Shown: positions 1-8,850, numbered from the stretch's first letter. The stretch: 48,829 nucleotides of DNA from a virus (IMGVR_UViG_3300047187_000002:1-48829); one strand, 5' to 3'. Notes: generated by a model not told the origin, from the sequence alone. Numbers and translations are program-made.

Positions 1-127
1 ATGGGGGCTTATGAATATGGGGGTACACCAGAACCGCCGCCGCCTGCTTTGGCAACAGTCACAACGGCAAAACCTGTTATAAATTTATCTGCACTTACAG
101 CTTCGGGAGGGGGTGAGGTTGTATGGG
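1..127. repeat. Terminal direct repeat copy 1 (assembly circularisation overlap)
   Basis: Identical to 48703-48829; 127 is a common assembler k-mer; lies mid-ORF. Confidence 0.95.
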
Positions 128-1086
128 ATGGCAATGATGCAGTTACCGACAGAGGTGTTTGTTGGAATACAACAGCCAATCCGGTTGTTACAGATTCACA
201 TACGCACAATGGATCAGGTGAAGGAGCGTTTACATCTTCTTTAACAAGTCTTGTAACCGGCATTACTTATCATGTACGGGCGTATGCGATTAATGGTGTA
301 GGTACGTCTTATGGAGAAGATTTAACATTTACCATGTCAGAATCTTTAATATTGGTTCATAACGGGAAAGGTTTATATCATAACGGTAAAATATTAATTA
401 TAAGTGGAGGAGGTGAAGAATTATCAGCAGGAGAAACGGCAATAAGAGCAGGGAATACTGTAGCTTGGTATCGGTCAGATGTGACTGCCACAATAACCAA
501 AGATGTTCAAGACTCCGTCAGTGTATGGGCAGATTATCTTGGTTCGGGTCGTAATCTTTTGGCAACAGACGGAACGGGGCGTTCTCCAATTTGGAGTGCA
601 GACGGTCTTTTATTTAATGGAGTAAAAAATTATATGCAGACGGCTGCTTTCACATGGAATCAACCTTGCTTTATCTATATAGTTATGAAACAGGTGACAT
701 ATACAGAATCTCCTCCTGATTATTTATTTGATGGTATTACAACAGCAAAAGCAGCAGTATATCAATATAATGCAACTCCAAAATTAACAGCAACGGCAGG
801 GACGGCATCTGGTTATAATAGCGACCTTGCAGTTAATACGTGGGGCATTTTAAGAGTATTATTTAATGGTGCAAATAGTAAAATTCAAGTAAATGCTTCT
901 GCTGCTGTGACTGGTGATTTTGGTGCAGGAAATGCAGGTGGTTTTACTCTTGGTGCAAGACCACAGGGGACTCCTGATCGTTTTGGTAATATTCAGGTCA
1001 AGGAAATAGTGCTTCGTAATGTAGTGGATTCTGCCCCTGATGAGGCAGCAATTTATGCATATCTTAAAGCAAAATATGGATTATAA
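1..1086 (+). CDS. 3' part of 819-aa signal-peptide beta-helix/FN3-like/LamG-like spike protein starting at 47329
   Basis: In frame with the 47329 ORF across the overlap; FN3-like RGVCWNT...YHVRAYAINGVGTSYG; LamG-like C-terminus ending YLKAKYGL. Confidence 0.8.
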   Translation: MGAYEYGGTPEPPPPALATVTTAKPVINLSALTASGGGEVVWDGNDAVTDRGVCWNTTANPVVTDSHTHNGSGEGAFTSSLTSLVTGITYHVRAYAINGVGTSYGEDLTFTMSESLILVHNGKGLYHNGKILIISGGGEELSAGETAIRAGNTVAWYRSDVTATITKDVQDSVSVWADYLGSGRNLLATDGTGRSPIWSADGLLFNGVKNYMQTAAFTWNQPCFIYIVMKQVTYTESPPDYLFDGITTAKAAVYQYNATPKLTATAGTASGYNSDLAVNTWGILRVLFNGANSKIQVNASAAVTGDFGAGNAGGFTLGARPQGTPDRFGNIQVKEIVLRNVVDSAPDEAAIYAYLKAKYGL

Positions 1087-1110
1087 ACTAAAATATTAAT
1101 TATAAAATAA

Positions 1111-1251
1111 ATGGTAGTGAAAGGGATTCTTGATATAGCTAAGTGGTTTACGGGCATCGCCGGTGCAGTGGCTATCATAGCTGGTATAGCAGTCTCGAAC
1201 TATTTTAAAAAGAAAGTTGTGTTTTGTAATGGTAAAATAGTAATACTTTAA
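1111..1251 (+). CDS. Small single-TM protein (46 aa)
   Basis: MVVKGILDIAKWFTGIAGAVAIIAGIAVSNYFKKKVVFCNGKIVIL read by hand; hydrophobic core. Confidence 0.5.
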   Translation: MVVKGILDIAKWFTGIAGAVAIIAGIAVSNYFKKKVVFCNGKIVIL

Positions 1252-1318
1252 TTATGGCACAATACCGCTACATAACATTATTCAAAACCCGCAAGAGTAT
1301 AATTTTAATTCACAGATA

Positions 1319-2524
1319 ATGGGCATAGCAACAGGCATAGGGATAGGAATAGGGTTTGGAGGAAGTGGAGGAATGGGAAGTCCTTCAAACTTTGCTGTGA
1401 CTCTGTTAAGTCCTAATGGAACTACTGATCAGACGGCAAGACTTTCGTGGGATGTTTCTGCCGTTTTTGAAACAGAGATATATTGTTCTGTCAATGGTGG
1501 TGCGGCTGCGCTTTTAACGACAGTTGCTGTTAATATCGGAACTTATGACGATGTGAGGACTTATGGTATCGAATGTGAATTGGCTTATTATGCAAGGTTT
1601 AAGAATGACACTACCGTATTATCTGTGCCTACAGGATTTGGTATTGCTGTAATTGCCGGAGGTATTCGTTTGACTTGTGATGCCGTAACAGATGCAGATC
1701 ATTATGAATGGTATGCAAATATTGACGGTTCGGGTTCTTCATTATTGACGACAACTGTTAATCCTACTTATGACCATACGATTCAGGCATTTGATATAAA
1801 ATATAAGGTAAGGGCAAAAGAGGGAACGGCTGTTTATTCAAGTTTTACTGCTGAGGAAACTTATTCAAATCTTAATGTTTTAAATCTTGCTTCGGGTGAT
1901 GAATATGGTTTTAAAGCAGATAATGGTGCATTAGATATTGGTGCTGATGCAAGCGATTTCACTATGACTTGCAAAGTAAAATGTTTGAACAAAACGGCTT
2001 CGACTTATTTGGTTGGGAAAGCAGTTTCGGGAGCAGTAGCAGGGAGGTATGGAGTTTATATAAATATAACTACCGGATATTTAACTGCAATAGCTCAATC
2101 ATCTACAAGTACGGCTACAATTAATTCAGCAGTTGATGGTACTACTGGATGGAAGTTTTTAAGATTGGACGTAAACAAAGCAACGAGTGTTGTTAGATTT
2201 TTTATTGACGAAATTCAAATCGGAGCAGATTCAGCATTTACAGGGACATTTTCAGGATTGGCTAACACCTATGAATTTTATATAGGTGCAGGTAATAGTT
2301 CTGATGGATCGGCAGTTGCATTGATTACTAAGGCTCAATTTTCGGAAGTTCAGATATTCAGGAGATTATTGAGTGCCGGAGATATTACAAAGGCTCAGAA
2401 TGGGCAACTTGTGGCAAATCCAAAAGCACGTTGGTTGTGTAATGCTTATCCCATAACTGATACAACCGGAGTTTATAATCTGACAGGAGTAAATTTAGAT
2501 GCAGGTAATATAATAGCACCATGA
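1319..2524 (+). CDS. Virion fibre/spike protein with GIGIGIG N-terminus, FN3-like and LamG-like domains
   Basis: MGIATGIGIGIGFGG; LamG-like FYIGAG...FSEVQIFRRLLS. Confidence 0.65.
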   Translation: MGIATGIGIGIGFGGSGGMGSPSNFAVTLLSPNGTTDQTARLSWDVSAVFETEIYCSVNGGAAALLTTVAVNIGTYDDVRTYGIECELAYYARFKNDTTVLSVPTGFGIAVIAGGIRLTCDAVTDADHYEWYANIDGSGSSLLTTTVNPTYDHTIQAFDIKYKVRAKEGTAVYSSFTAEETYSNLNVLNLASGDEYGFKADNGALDIGADASDFTMTCKVKCLNKTASTYLVGKAVSGAVAGRYGVYINITTGYLTAIAQSSTSTATINSAVDGTTGWKFLRLDVNKATSVVRFFIDEIQIGADSAFTGTFSGLANTYEFYIGAGNSSDGSAVALITKAQFSEVQIFRRLLSAGDITKAQNGQLVANPKARWLCNAYPITDTTGVYNLTGVNLDAGNIIAP

Positions 2525-3549
2525 TAACATATAGCGGATATACAGCGACTGTAAGCACCAGAATATTCTGTCCTATTGACTTTGTGTTAAATAGTGGAGG
2601 CAGTGGGGTTGGTCGTATTTCGGTAATATCAGCAGTTAATACAACAGCAAGTTTATCGGGTGCGGCAAAATTCTATACGGATGCAGCAGGAACGCTGGGG
2701 GAATCTACAACCGTTAGCATAACAGCAATGGTTCAGAAAGAACTTTATTTCAGATTAGCCTCCGGTACTGCAAGATTGGGATTTAACAGGAATAATGTAA
2801 CAAAATTCTATACCGTTTATGTAGCAAATTCCCCATATTTGTCTGGAGGTGATATAGGAGGCATGACAACACTTACAGATGTAAGTTTAAAACATCCTTC
2901 ACCATTAATATTCAGTATTGCGGCTTTAGTAAGCCTGACAACTCTTGACTTGAATAATAATGGGGTTATAGTAACGGGAAGTCTTAATGCGTTAACAAGT
3001 CTTGTAAATTTATTGATTCAGGAAACCGGACAATTACAAATTACTTATCCGCTTTCATATATTGGCATAACAGGTGATCTGTCTAATTGCGTTTTGTTAG
3101 AGAAATTTAATATTACGGATTTCACAGGACACATGAGTTTTACCGGTGACTTGTCGGCATTACCTTTAGGGATGGCTTATTTCCATGTTCCTAATTGTAC
3201 GATGACAATAGATGCAGCTATTCATCACCTTTATTATTTTGAGGCTGATTGTGAGACAATAGTAACAACGGTTGTCAATGCCTTACATCTTCAATATTTT
3301 CAACCGACTCACTGTGATATGACAGCCGCACAGGTTAATCAGGTTTTGGCTGATATGTGGGCAAATAGGGATGAAACAAAATTAGCTTATGGTGACGCAA
3401 GTAGGATTATTGATTTAGGTTCTTGTGCGCCCGGATATACAAAAGAAGCACCGACAGGGCAGGGATTATTAGATAAGGTAGCATTGGCGGCATACAGGAG
3501 TCCGGGTAATGGTGGTCAATATGCTTTATGGACTGTAATAACAAATTAA
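2521..3549 (+). CDS. Leucine-rich-repeat-like tail-associated protein
   Basis: Repeats LTSLVNLLI, GDLSNCVLL, TGDLSALP; ATGA overlap with upstream gene. Confidence 0.6.
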   Translation: MITYSGYTATVSTRIFCPIDFVLNSGGSGVGRISVISAVNTTASLSGAAKFYTDAAGTLGESTTVSITAMVQKELYFRLASGTARLGFNRNNVTKFYTVYVANSPYLSGGDIGGMTTLTDVSLKHPSPLIFSIAALVSLTTLDLNNNGVIVTGSLNALTSLVNLLIQETGQLQITYPLSYIGITGDLSNCVLLEKFNITDFTGHMSFTGDLSALPLGMAYFHVPNCTMTIDAAIHHLYYFEADCETIVTTVVNALHLQYFQPTHCDMTAAQVNQVLADMWANRDETKLAYGDASRIIDLGSCAPGYTKEAPTGQGLLDKVALAAYRSPGNGGQYALWTVITN

Positions 3550-3936
3550 ATGATATTATTACTCGCAATATTTCTGATAGTCTTTAAAGCCGTTTATGAT
3601 GGACTTAAAACTCGTGGACTGCATATACCTTCAGCAATGGTTATGTGGGTATTCCTTGCAGTAAACACACTTGGTTTGTTTGCATGGGCAACTGGTAATC
3701 CTTTTCTTTGGGATGTTCAGTTCATACCTTACTGGAAAGTTATCATTGGATTCGTTCTAGTCAGGTTTGCGCTGTTTGACGTGATATGGAACATAAGTGC
3801 AGGAATGAAATTAAATTACTTGGGCAGGACAAAGTTTTATGATGAATTCCTGGGTCTTGTCCCGCGAGGTTTCGTTTGGTTTGTAAAGATAGTAATAGCA
3901 TTGCCGGTTGGCTTAACATTTTTAATAAAAGGATGA
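3550..3936 (+). CDS. Multi-pass membrane protein
   Basis: About four hydrophobic segments; start of lysis region. Confidence 0.65.
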   Translation: MILLLAIFLIVFKAVYDGLKTRGLHIPSAMVMWVFLAVNTLGLFAWATGNPFLWDVQFIPYWKVIIGFVLVRFALFDVIWNISAGMKLNYLGRTKFYDEFLGLVPRGFVWFVKIVIALPVGLTFLIKG

Positions 3937-4337
3937 AAGATAAATTTGTAAATATCATCAAGACGTATGGGACTGCATTTATGACGGTAGTGGCTGTCGT
4001 GAGTTTTCTCTTTGCTTTGGGTGTCAAATCAGAACGAAAGGATTCCGGCAATGCAATAGTTGTCGCTGACATCAAAGTTATAAAAGACTCTATAAATAGC
4101 ATTTCAAAACAGTTATATCCGATAAAAGACCAACTAATTAATATCACGGAAAAACAGACAGAAGCGAAGGTTGCTTATAACTCATTGCGTTTATTGGTAC
4201 TTGATATAAAAAGCAAAGAACCAGGGATGACAATAGACCAGTTCAGACAGATCTTAGAATCTACGCCCGAACTTAAAAAAAAAGGACTGACAAATCAGAT
4301 TCCATACAGAAACGACCTGAATTTAACATTAAAATAA
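3933..4337 (+). CDS. N-terminal TM plus coiled-coil protein (i-spanin-like), A9 tract near 3' end
   Basis: ATG 3933 overlaps upstream TGA; TM AFMTVVAVVSFLFALGV; heptad-rich body. Confidence 0.5.
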   Translation: MKDKFVNIIKTYGTAFMTVVAVVSFLFALGVKSERKDSGNAIVVADIKVIKDSINSISKQLYPIKDQLINITEKQTEAKVAYNSLRLLVLDIKSKEPGMTIDQFRQILESTPELKKKGLTNQIPYRNDLNLTLK

Positions 4338-4347
4338 CGAAGATAAA

Positions 4348-4455
4348 ATGAAAATAGCACTTGTAATCGGCCTTTTTGTAGCAGCATTTCTTGCATTTCA
4401 ATGCCTGAAGTTCCTGTGGTTTATATTAACACAACTATTTAAAAGTAAAAAATGA
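4348..4455 (+). CDS. Small hydrophobic peptide (35 aa)
   Basis: MKIALVIGLFVAAFLAFQCLKFLWFILTQLFKSKK; ATGA-coupled to 4452. Confidence 0.55.
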   Translation: MKIALVIGLFVAAFLAFQCLKFLWFILTQLFKSKK

Positions 4456-4817
4456 CAACAAAAACAACGCGGTACGACTTCGAAAATCTACCAATAAGCC
4501 AAAAAACCCGTGATGGGTTAACATCGGAGAATATTAATTATCTAAGTGCAGTAGGAAGGATGCTGTCGCTTCAGGATGATGTTTATGATGACAAATTTGA
4601 AGAGATCATCAAACTGATTAAAGATCAGACAGCAGAATTTAACAGGCGATTTGATTCCATTGATAGACGTCTGGACTCATTGGAACGAGGGGCTACTGAC
4701 AGAGAGAAGCGAATTGAATATCTTGAACAAAGAGCCAGTCTCCCATATATGATTTTTCGTTATGGCGTGGTCATTGGTATAGGAATATTAATAGGTTGGT
4801 TACTACATTCTTTATGA
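4452..4817 (+). CDS. Coiled-coil protein with C-terminal TM (lysis-associated)
   Basis: RFDSIDRRLDSLE heptads then YGVVIGIGILIGWLL. Confidence 0.6.
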   Translation: MTTKTTRYDFENLPISQKTRDGLTSENINYLSAVGRMLSLQDDVYDDKFEEIIKLIKDQTAEFNRRFDSIDRRLDSLERGATDREKRIEYLEQRASLPYMIFRYGVVIGIGILIGWLLHSL

Positions 4818-5224
4818 AATCAGTCATCAGTCGCAGGTATCGTCCTAACGAAACAACTGGTAAATGGATTGTTTTCGATCAAGATGATAAGGTCCTTGAA
4901 CTTGTAAGTATTGAACTGCCGGATCGTGGCAATCAAAAAAACTGCAGTTGTATTCCTGAAGGGATTTATCCACTTAAAAAGATTACCCGTCCGAATGGTG
5001 ATCCTGCTTTCCTTGTCGAGAATGTTCCTAATAGGGATGCTATTGAAGTACATATAGCGAATTTTGCAGCAGGGCAGAAGATAGATTTAAAAGGTTGCAT
5101 AGCGCCGGGAATGTATCTATCTGATATAAACTGGGACGGTAATTTGGATGCTGTTGAAAGTACAAAAGCAATGAACAAATTATTGGATGTATTACCGGAT
5201 GAAAGTACGCTTATCATTATTTAA
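4814..5224 (+). CDS. DUF5675-like protein, probable endolysin
   Basis: SIELPDRGNQ..SCIPEGIY...VPNRDAIEVHIAN...GCIAPG; ATG 4814 overlaps upstream TGA. Confidence 0.7.
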   Translation: MKSVISRRYRPNETTGKWIVFDQDDKVLELVSIELPDRGNQKNCSCIPEGIYPLKKITRPNGDPAFLVENVPNRDAIEVHIANFAAGQKIDLKGCIAPGMYLSDINWDGNLDAVESTKAMNKLLDVLPDESTLIII

Positions 5225-5331
5225 CATATACAGGAAAGTACATTTAACAAAATGAATAACTAAACAATTAATATTCAAGATAATAAAGGTTGATGAAATG
5301 TTCACAAATTTATAAATGTTATAAAATATAT

Positions 5332-5424
5332 ATGAAAACATTAAGACTCATAAACGAATATTGGCCTATTGTCGCATTTCTTCTTTTATTGATTTTGGTT
5401 TATTATCTTTCTAAAACATTATAG
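5332..5424 (+). CDS. Small TM peptide (30 aa)
   Basis: MKTLRLINEYWPIVAFLLLLILVYYLSKTL read by hand. Confidence 0.45.
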   Translation: MKTLRLINEYWPIVAFLLLLILVYYLSKTL

Positions 5425-5426
5425 CT

Positions 5427-6239
5427 ATGTGCTGGAAAAAATTATTCTGTAAACCCGATCCGGCAGAACCTCCAATAATCGGAACTAAAAGAAGATTACT
5501 TAGTTTTGCAATCAATAACTATCCCGGCACTGCAAATGATTTGAATGGTTGTTTGAACGATCAGGAAAACATTGCAAGTAAACTATTGACACTATTCCCT
5601 GATTTTGATGTGAGGAAATTCAAAGATTCAGAAGTTACTGTTAATTGCTATAAGACAGAAGTTGCAAAAGCTATAACTGCATTACATCCGGGGGCTACGG
5701 TATTAATTCTGCCAGACAGTTGCTTCTCAGGTACGATAACAAGAAGGCCGGGAATGGGACTTGTAGAATTAAAACATCCAAGTAAAAATAGATTCTTTGA
5801 TCCAGGATTGCTTCCGAGGAAAAAAGTAAAAGTTAAGATATTCGTTAAAAGTAATATCCGGTGGATAGTGATAAGCGGATGTCAAGAACACCAGACAAGT
5901 GCAGACGCATATATTAACGGGAAATATAACGGTGCTTTTACTTTTTACGCAGTATTAGCATTAAAGGCCGGGTTGACTTATACGGAATGGTTTGCAGGGA
6001 TAAGGAAATATTTACCCTCTGCATCTTTCGATCAGTCACCTACACTTGAGGGGCCAGAAGAACTTCTAAATCGTAAAGTTTTTGAAGATGAAACATTAGT
6101 AATTCACAATTCGAGCCACGGAACATATACTTATGACCCGCATGGAGACGAGGAAGACGGGCAGGATGAAGCACTCTATCTTTATGACGGAATGTTAATA
6201 GATGATGAAATTGGTACAATATTGGATAAAATTACATAA
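5427..6239 (+). CDS. Metacaspase (peptidase C14) with permuted catalytic segments
   Basis: INNYPG.LNGCLND; DSCFSGT (Cys99); ISGCQEHQTSAD..GAFT; HNSSHGT..GDEEDGQDEAL (His231). Confidence 0.85.
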   Translation: MCWKKLFCKPDPAEPPIIGTKRRLLSFAINNYPGTANDLNGCLNDQENIASKLLTLFPDFDVRKFKDSEVTVNCYKTEVAKAITALHPGATVLILPDSCFSGTITRRPGMGLVELKHPSKNRFFDPGLLPRKKVKVKIFVKSNIRWIVISGCQEHQTSADAYINGKYNGAFTFYAVLALKAGLTYTEWFAGIRKYLPSASFDQSPTLEGPEELLNRKVFEDETLVIHNSSHGTYTYDPHGDEEDGQDEALYLYDGMLIDDEIGTILDKIT

Positions 6240-6259
6240 CTTTACAAAAAATTAAACAA

Positions 6260-6496
6260 ATGGGGAAAAGATCAAAGTTTTTAACTTTAAATTTAAGGGA
6301 TGCCCTGAAAGGGTTATTCCTTGTTGTAATCACGGCTATTATTACCGGGGTTTATGAACTTGTTGCTACTGGTGCGGTGTTCGCATGGACTTCACTCAAG
6401 CCTATATTATTAACTGCCGCTGCCGCTGCTCTTTCTTATATCATTAAGAATTTCCTTACAAATAGTAATGGTGAAATATTAACTAAAGAAAAGTAA
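6260..6496 (+). CDS. Holin-like protein
   Basis: 78 aa, two TM helices, charged C-terminus, in lysis region. Confidence 0.7.
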   Translation: MGKRSKFLTLNLRDALKGLFLVVITAIITGVYELVATGAVFAWTSLKPILLTAAAAALSYIIKNFLTNSNGEILTKEK

Positions 6497-6500
6497 ATTT

Positions 6501-6944
6501 ATGAAGAAAGTTATTGCTTTATTGTTTTTCGCCGCCTTTACGGCCTCAGCCTTCGCTCAGGGATTGTTTAAGCCTGTACCCAAGGATTTGTTCGTCCCTG
6601 ATGCAAGTAGCACCAAGGCGCTTGTAAATACGTCTGTGTGGCTTCCGAGAATATCCGCCGGAGTCGTGGCAAATCAGTTTACCTATAATAAAGAAACGAA
6701 AAAACTCGACATGACAGCATTTTCAAAGGTTGGATTAGGGTTAAGTTACGCTCATTTTGTCCCGGTGAATGATTTACCATATAATAACTTTTCGGTAAAC
6801 GGGTTTGTTTTCTTTCCAACTAATGATAGTGGATTATCGTTTGTTATTTCAGCATCAGCACTTCAATATATTTCGCTCGGCTTGGGATATGATGTGAAAT
6901 TAAAGACAGTTTTCGGATTAACAGGTATTGTATATACTTTTTAG
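6501..6944 (+). CDS. Secreted outer-membrane beta-strand protein
   Basis: Signal peptide ...TASAFA/Q; amphipathic strands; C-terminal Phe (GIVYTF). Confidence 0.6.
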   Translation: MKKVIALLFFAAFTASAFAQGLFKPVPKDLFVPDASSTKALVNTSVWLPRISAGVVANQFTYNKETKKLDMTAFSKVGLGLSYAHFVPVNDLPYNNFSVNGFVFFPTNDSGLSFVISASALQYISLGLGYDVKLKTVFGLTGIVYTF

Positions 6945-6965
6945 GTTTTTTCATAGTTAGGTTTG

Positions 6966-6994
6966 GCGGGGTGTCGGGTACATCCCGCTTTTTT
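6966..6994 (+). terminator. Intrinsic terminator after lysis module
   Basis: GCGGGGTGT-CGGGT-ACATCCCGC then T6. Confidence 0.8.
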
Positions 6995-7046
6995 AAAACT
7001 ATACAATTATAAACAATAATGTTTACATTTACCAAAACTAAAGTAA

Positions 7047-7913
7047 TTGCGTGCAACTTACCGTGTACTTCAGGATGACATAAAAGTCGAACATTTTGGC
7101 GATCCGGTGACACTCTGGTTTTTCGGTGACGTTCATCGTGATACAAGAAACTGTGATGTAGAACGCTGGCACTGGTTCCTGAAGAAAGCCAAAGAAACAA
7201 TGGATGCTAATACCTATTTTATCGGGATGGGTGACTATCACGACTTCGCATCCACGAGAGAAAAGAAACTTCTGGCACACGACCAGAACACTCACGAATC
7301 AACTTCCAATACTTTTGATTTAATAGCTGAAAAGAATAACAGGGATTTTGCAGAGGAGATTTCCTTCATGCGGGGTCATCTTTTAGGGTTAATTGAAGGC
7401 AATCATTCATGGGTTTTCAAAGGCGGCAAGACTTCAACTGAAGACTTGGCTGAAAGAATGGGAACTAAAGACATGGGTTGGCTCTGTCATTATACTCTGA
7501 TGTATAAATGTGACAGTCATCATGCAAGAAATGCAGTCCATATAGTTCTTTGCCATGGAAAAGCAGGTGGTAAAACATTTGGCATTACTATAAACCAAAT
7601 TGGTGATTTGAAACAAATATTCCCGGTTGCTGATATTTATTGTATGGGACATGATCATCAGAGGGCAGCACAACCGATTTCAATTCTCGTTCCTGTTTCT
7701 TGTACGGGTAGTTATCAGATTAAACAGAAAAGACAATTCCTTTGTCGGTCAGGTGCTTTCGTTAAAGCATATCAGGACGGATCAGATTCCTATGAAGTAT
7801 TCAGACTTTACAGACCTTCAGATCTTGGAGCTTTAAAGATGACTATTGCTTTTCACCGTGACCAGAGAGACAACCAGGAGAGGGTAATAACAGATATAAG
7901 CGCAGAAATATGA
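7047..7913 (+). CDS. Calcineurin-like metallophosphoesterase
   Basis: GDVH, GDYHD, GNH, HG and GHDH motifs; TTG start uncertain. Confidence 0.85.
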   Translation: MRATYRVLQDDIKVEHFGDPVTLWFFGDVHRDTRNCDVERWHWFLKKAKETMDANTYFIGMGDYHDFASTREKKLLAHDQNTHESTSNTFDLIAEKNNRDFAEEISFMRGHLLGLIEGNHSWVFKGGKTSTEDLAERMGTKDMGWLCHYTLMYKCDSHHARNAVHIVLCHGKAGGKTFGITINQIGDLKQIFPVADIYCMGHDHQRAAQPISILVPVSCTGSYQIKQKRQFLCRSGAFVKAYQDGSDSYEVFRLYRPSDLGALKMTIAFHRDQRDNQERVITDISAEI

Positions 7914-8140
7914 AAAGGGTTTACATAGAATGGTATGATTCCTATACATGGGACGGGTGGGATAAACCGGAGGAGGCTATTAAACTATGTACTCCTTTAA
8001 TGTTATGCAAGACCGTAGGTTACATTCTAAATGAAGATAAAGATCATATAACTATTTGCCACACATATAATCCTTCAATGGTTATGGGAAGTTTGCACAT
8101 CCCAAAGGGTTGTATAAAAAGGTTGAAAAGGTTTGTATAA
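7910..8140 (+). CDS. Conserved small phage protein
   Basis: VYIEWYDS...TVGY...IPKGCI pattern, a type often found next to phage metallophosphoesterases. Confidence 0.65.
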   Translation: MKRVYIEWYDSYTWDGWDKPEEAIKLCTPLMLCKTVGYILNEDKDHITICHTYNPSMVMGSLHIPKGCIKRLKRFV

Positions 8141-8162
8141 TGAAAAATAAAGTTTATATTTG
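8132..8162 (+). promoter_or_regulatory. Bacteroidota primary-sigma promoter
   Basis: TTTG (8132-8135), 19-nt spacer, TATATTTG (8155-8162): full consensus match. Confidence 0.8.
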
Positions 8163-8167
8163 CAATA

Positions 8168-8295
8168 TTGGCCGCTGATCACGGATCGTAAAATGGGAAA
8201 GTCAGGCGCTTACGGCCTGCCACTAAATCCTCGCATCGTAAGGCGACATGAAACGGCATGATAACTAAAACCTGGGGGGCCGTCCCCCTTTTTTT
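8168..8295 (+). ncRNA. Candidate structured small RNA (~125 nt)
   Basis: Own promoter, four hairpins, terminator, GC-rich island, no credible ORF. Confidence 0.65.
8274..8295 (+). terminator. Intrinsic terminator of the candidate ncRNA
   Basis: GGGGGG-CCG-TCCCCC then T7. Confidence 0.8.
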
Positions 8296-8721
8296 ATTGT
8301 ACCAAATGGGGCATACTATCCACAAAAACATAAATTACGGGGCATAGAAAGGTAAATTTGTCACCTTTTTACCGGCATTTACGAATCTAAAATTACGCTT
8401 CTTTGCGTTACGCACAAATAAGTAACTTACCATTTAGTTATATTTGTTGTTTGCATACTACACTATTTCATACTTATTGTAGTATCTATCCTACATTTGA
8501 GCCAACAGATTTTGTTTCTATAAATCCGCAAATATGGTGCTTCTTAGAAATAAGATTAATCCATTGATTCTATTCTTACATCTTAAAGGGAATTATAAGT
8601 GTTTTGATGCTGAACTATTTCCTTTTATGCAATAGTTGCCATTTTAACATTAATTTATTGATGCTATTTTAATATTATCTGTACATATCTCAAACCTTAT
8701 GCATAAAATTACACGTTTTCT

Positions 8722-8850
8722 GAACATATATCAAATCTATGTTCAATAATATCTATTTTTCACTTCACGTGAACATCTTCTTGTAAGGCTATAGCCTTAA
8801 AATCCTTGATATGAATTAAGGTTATAACCTTAAAGCCATTTTTGAACATT
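8722..8850. promoter_or_regulatory. Cluster of palindromes (operator-like)
   Basis: TTCACGTGAA 8764-8773, TAAGGCTATAGCCTTA 8784-8799, TTAAGGTTATAACCTTAA 8816-8833, repeated TGAACAT. Confidence 0.55.

Noticed and set aside
4348-4455. o-spanin lipoprotein
   Set aside because: AFQC is not a canonical lipobox and the sequence after the Cys is short and hydrophobic.
8168-8295. HDV-like ribozyme, RNase P RNA or cobalamin riboswitch identity
   Set aside because: Short resemblances exist (TCCTCGC and CTAA; GGAAAGTC; AGTCAGG..CCTGCC), but I could not build HDV P2/P3, the RNA is too short for RNase P, and no gene lies downstream for a riboswitch.
8761-8776. Canonical parS site
   Set aside because: Only the central 10 of 16 bp match and it is single-copy; kept only as part of the palindrome cluster.
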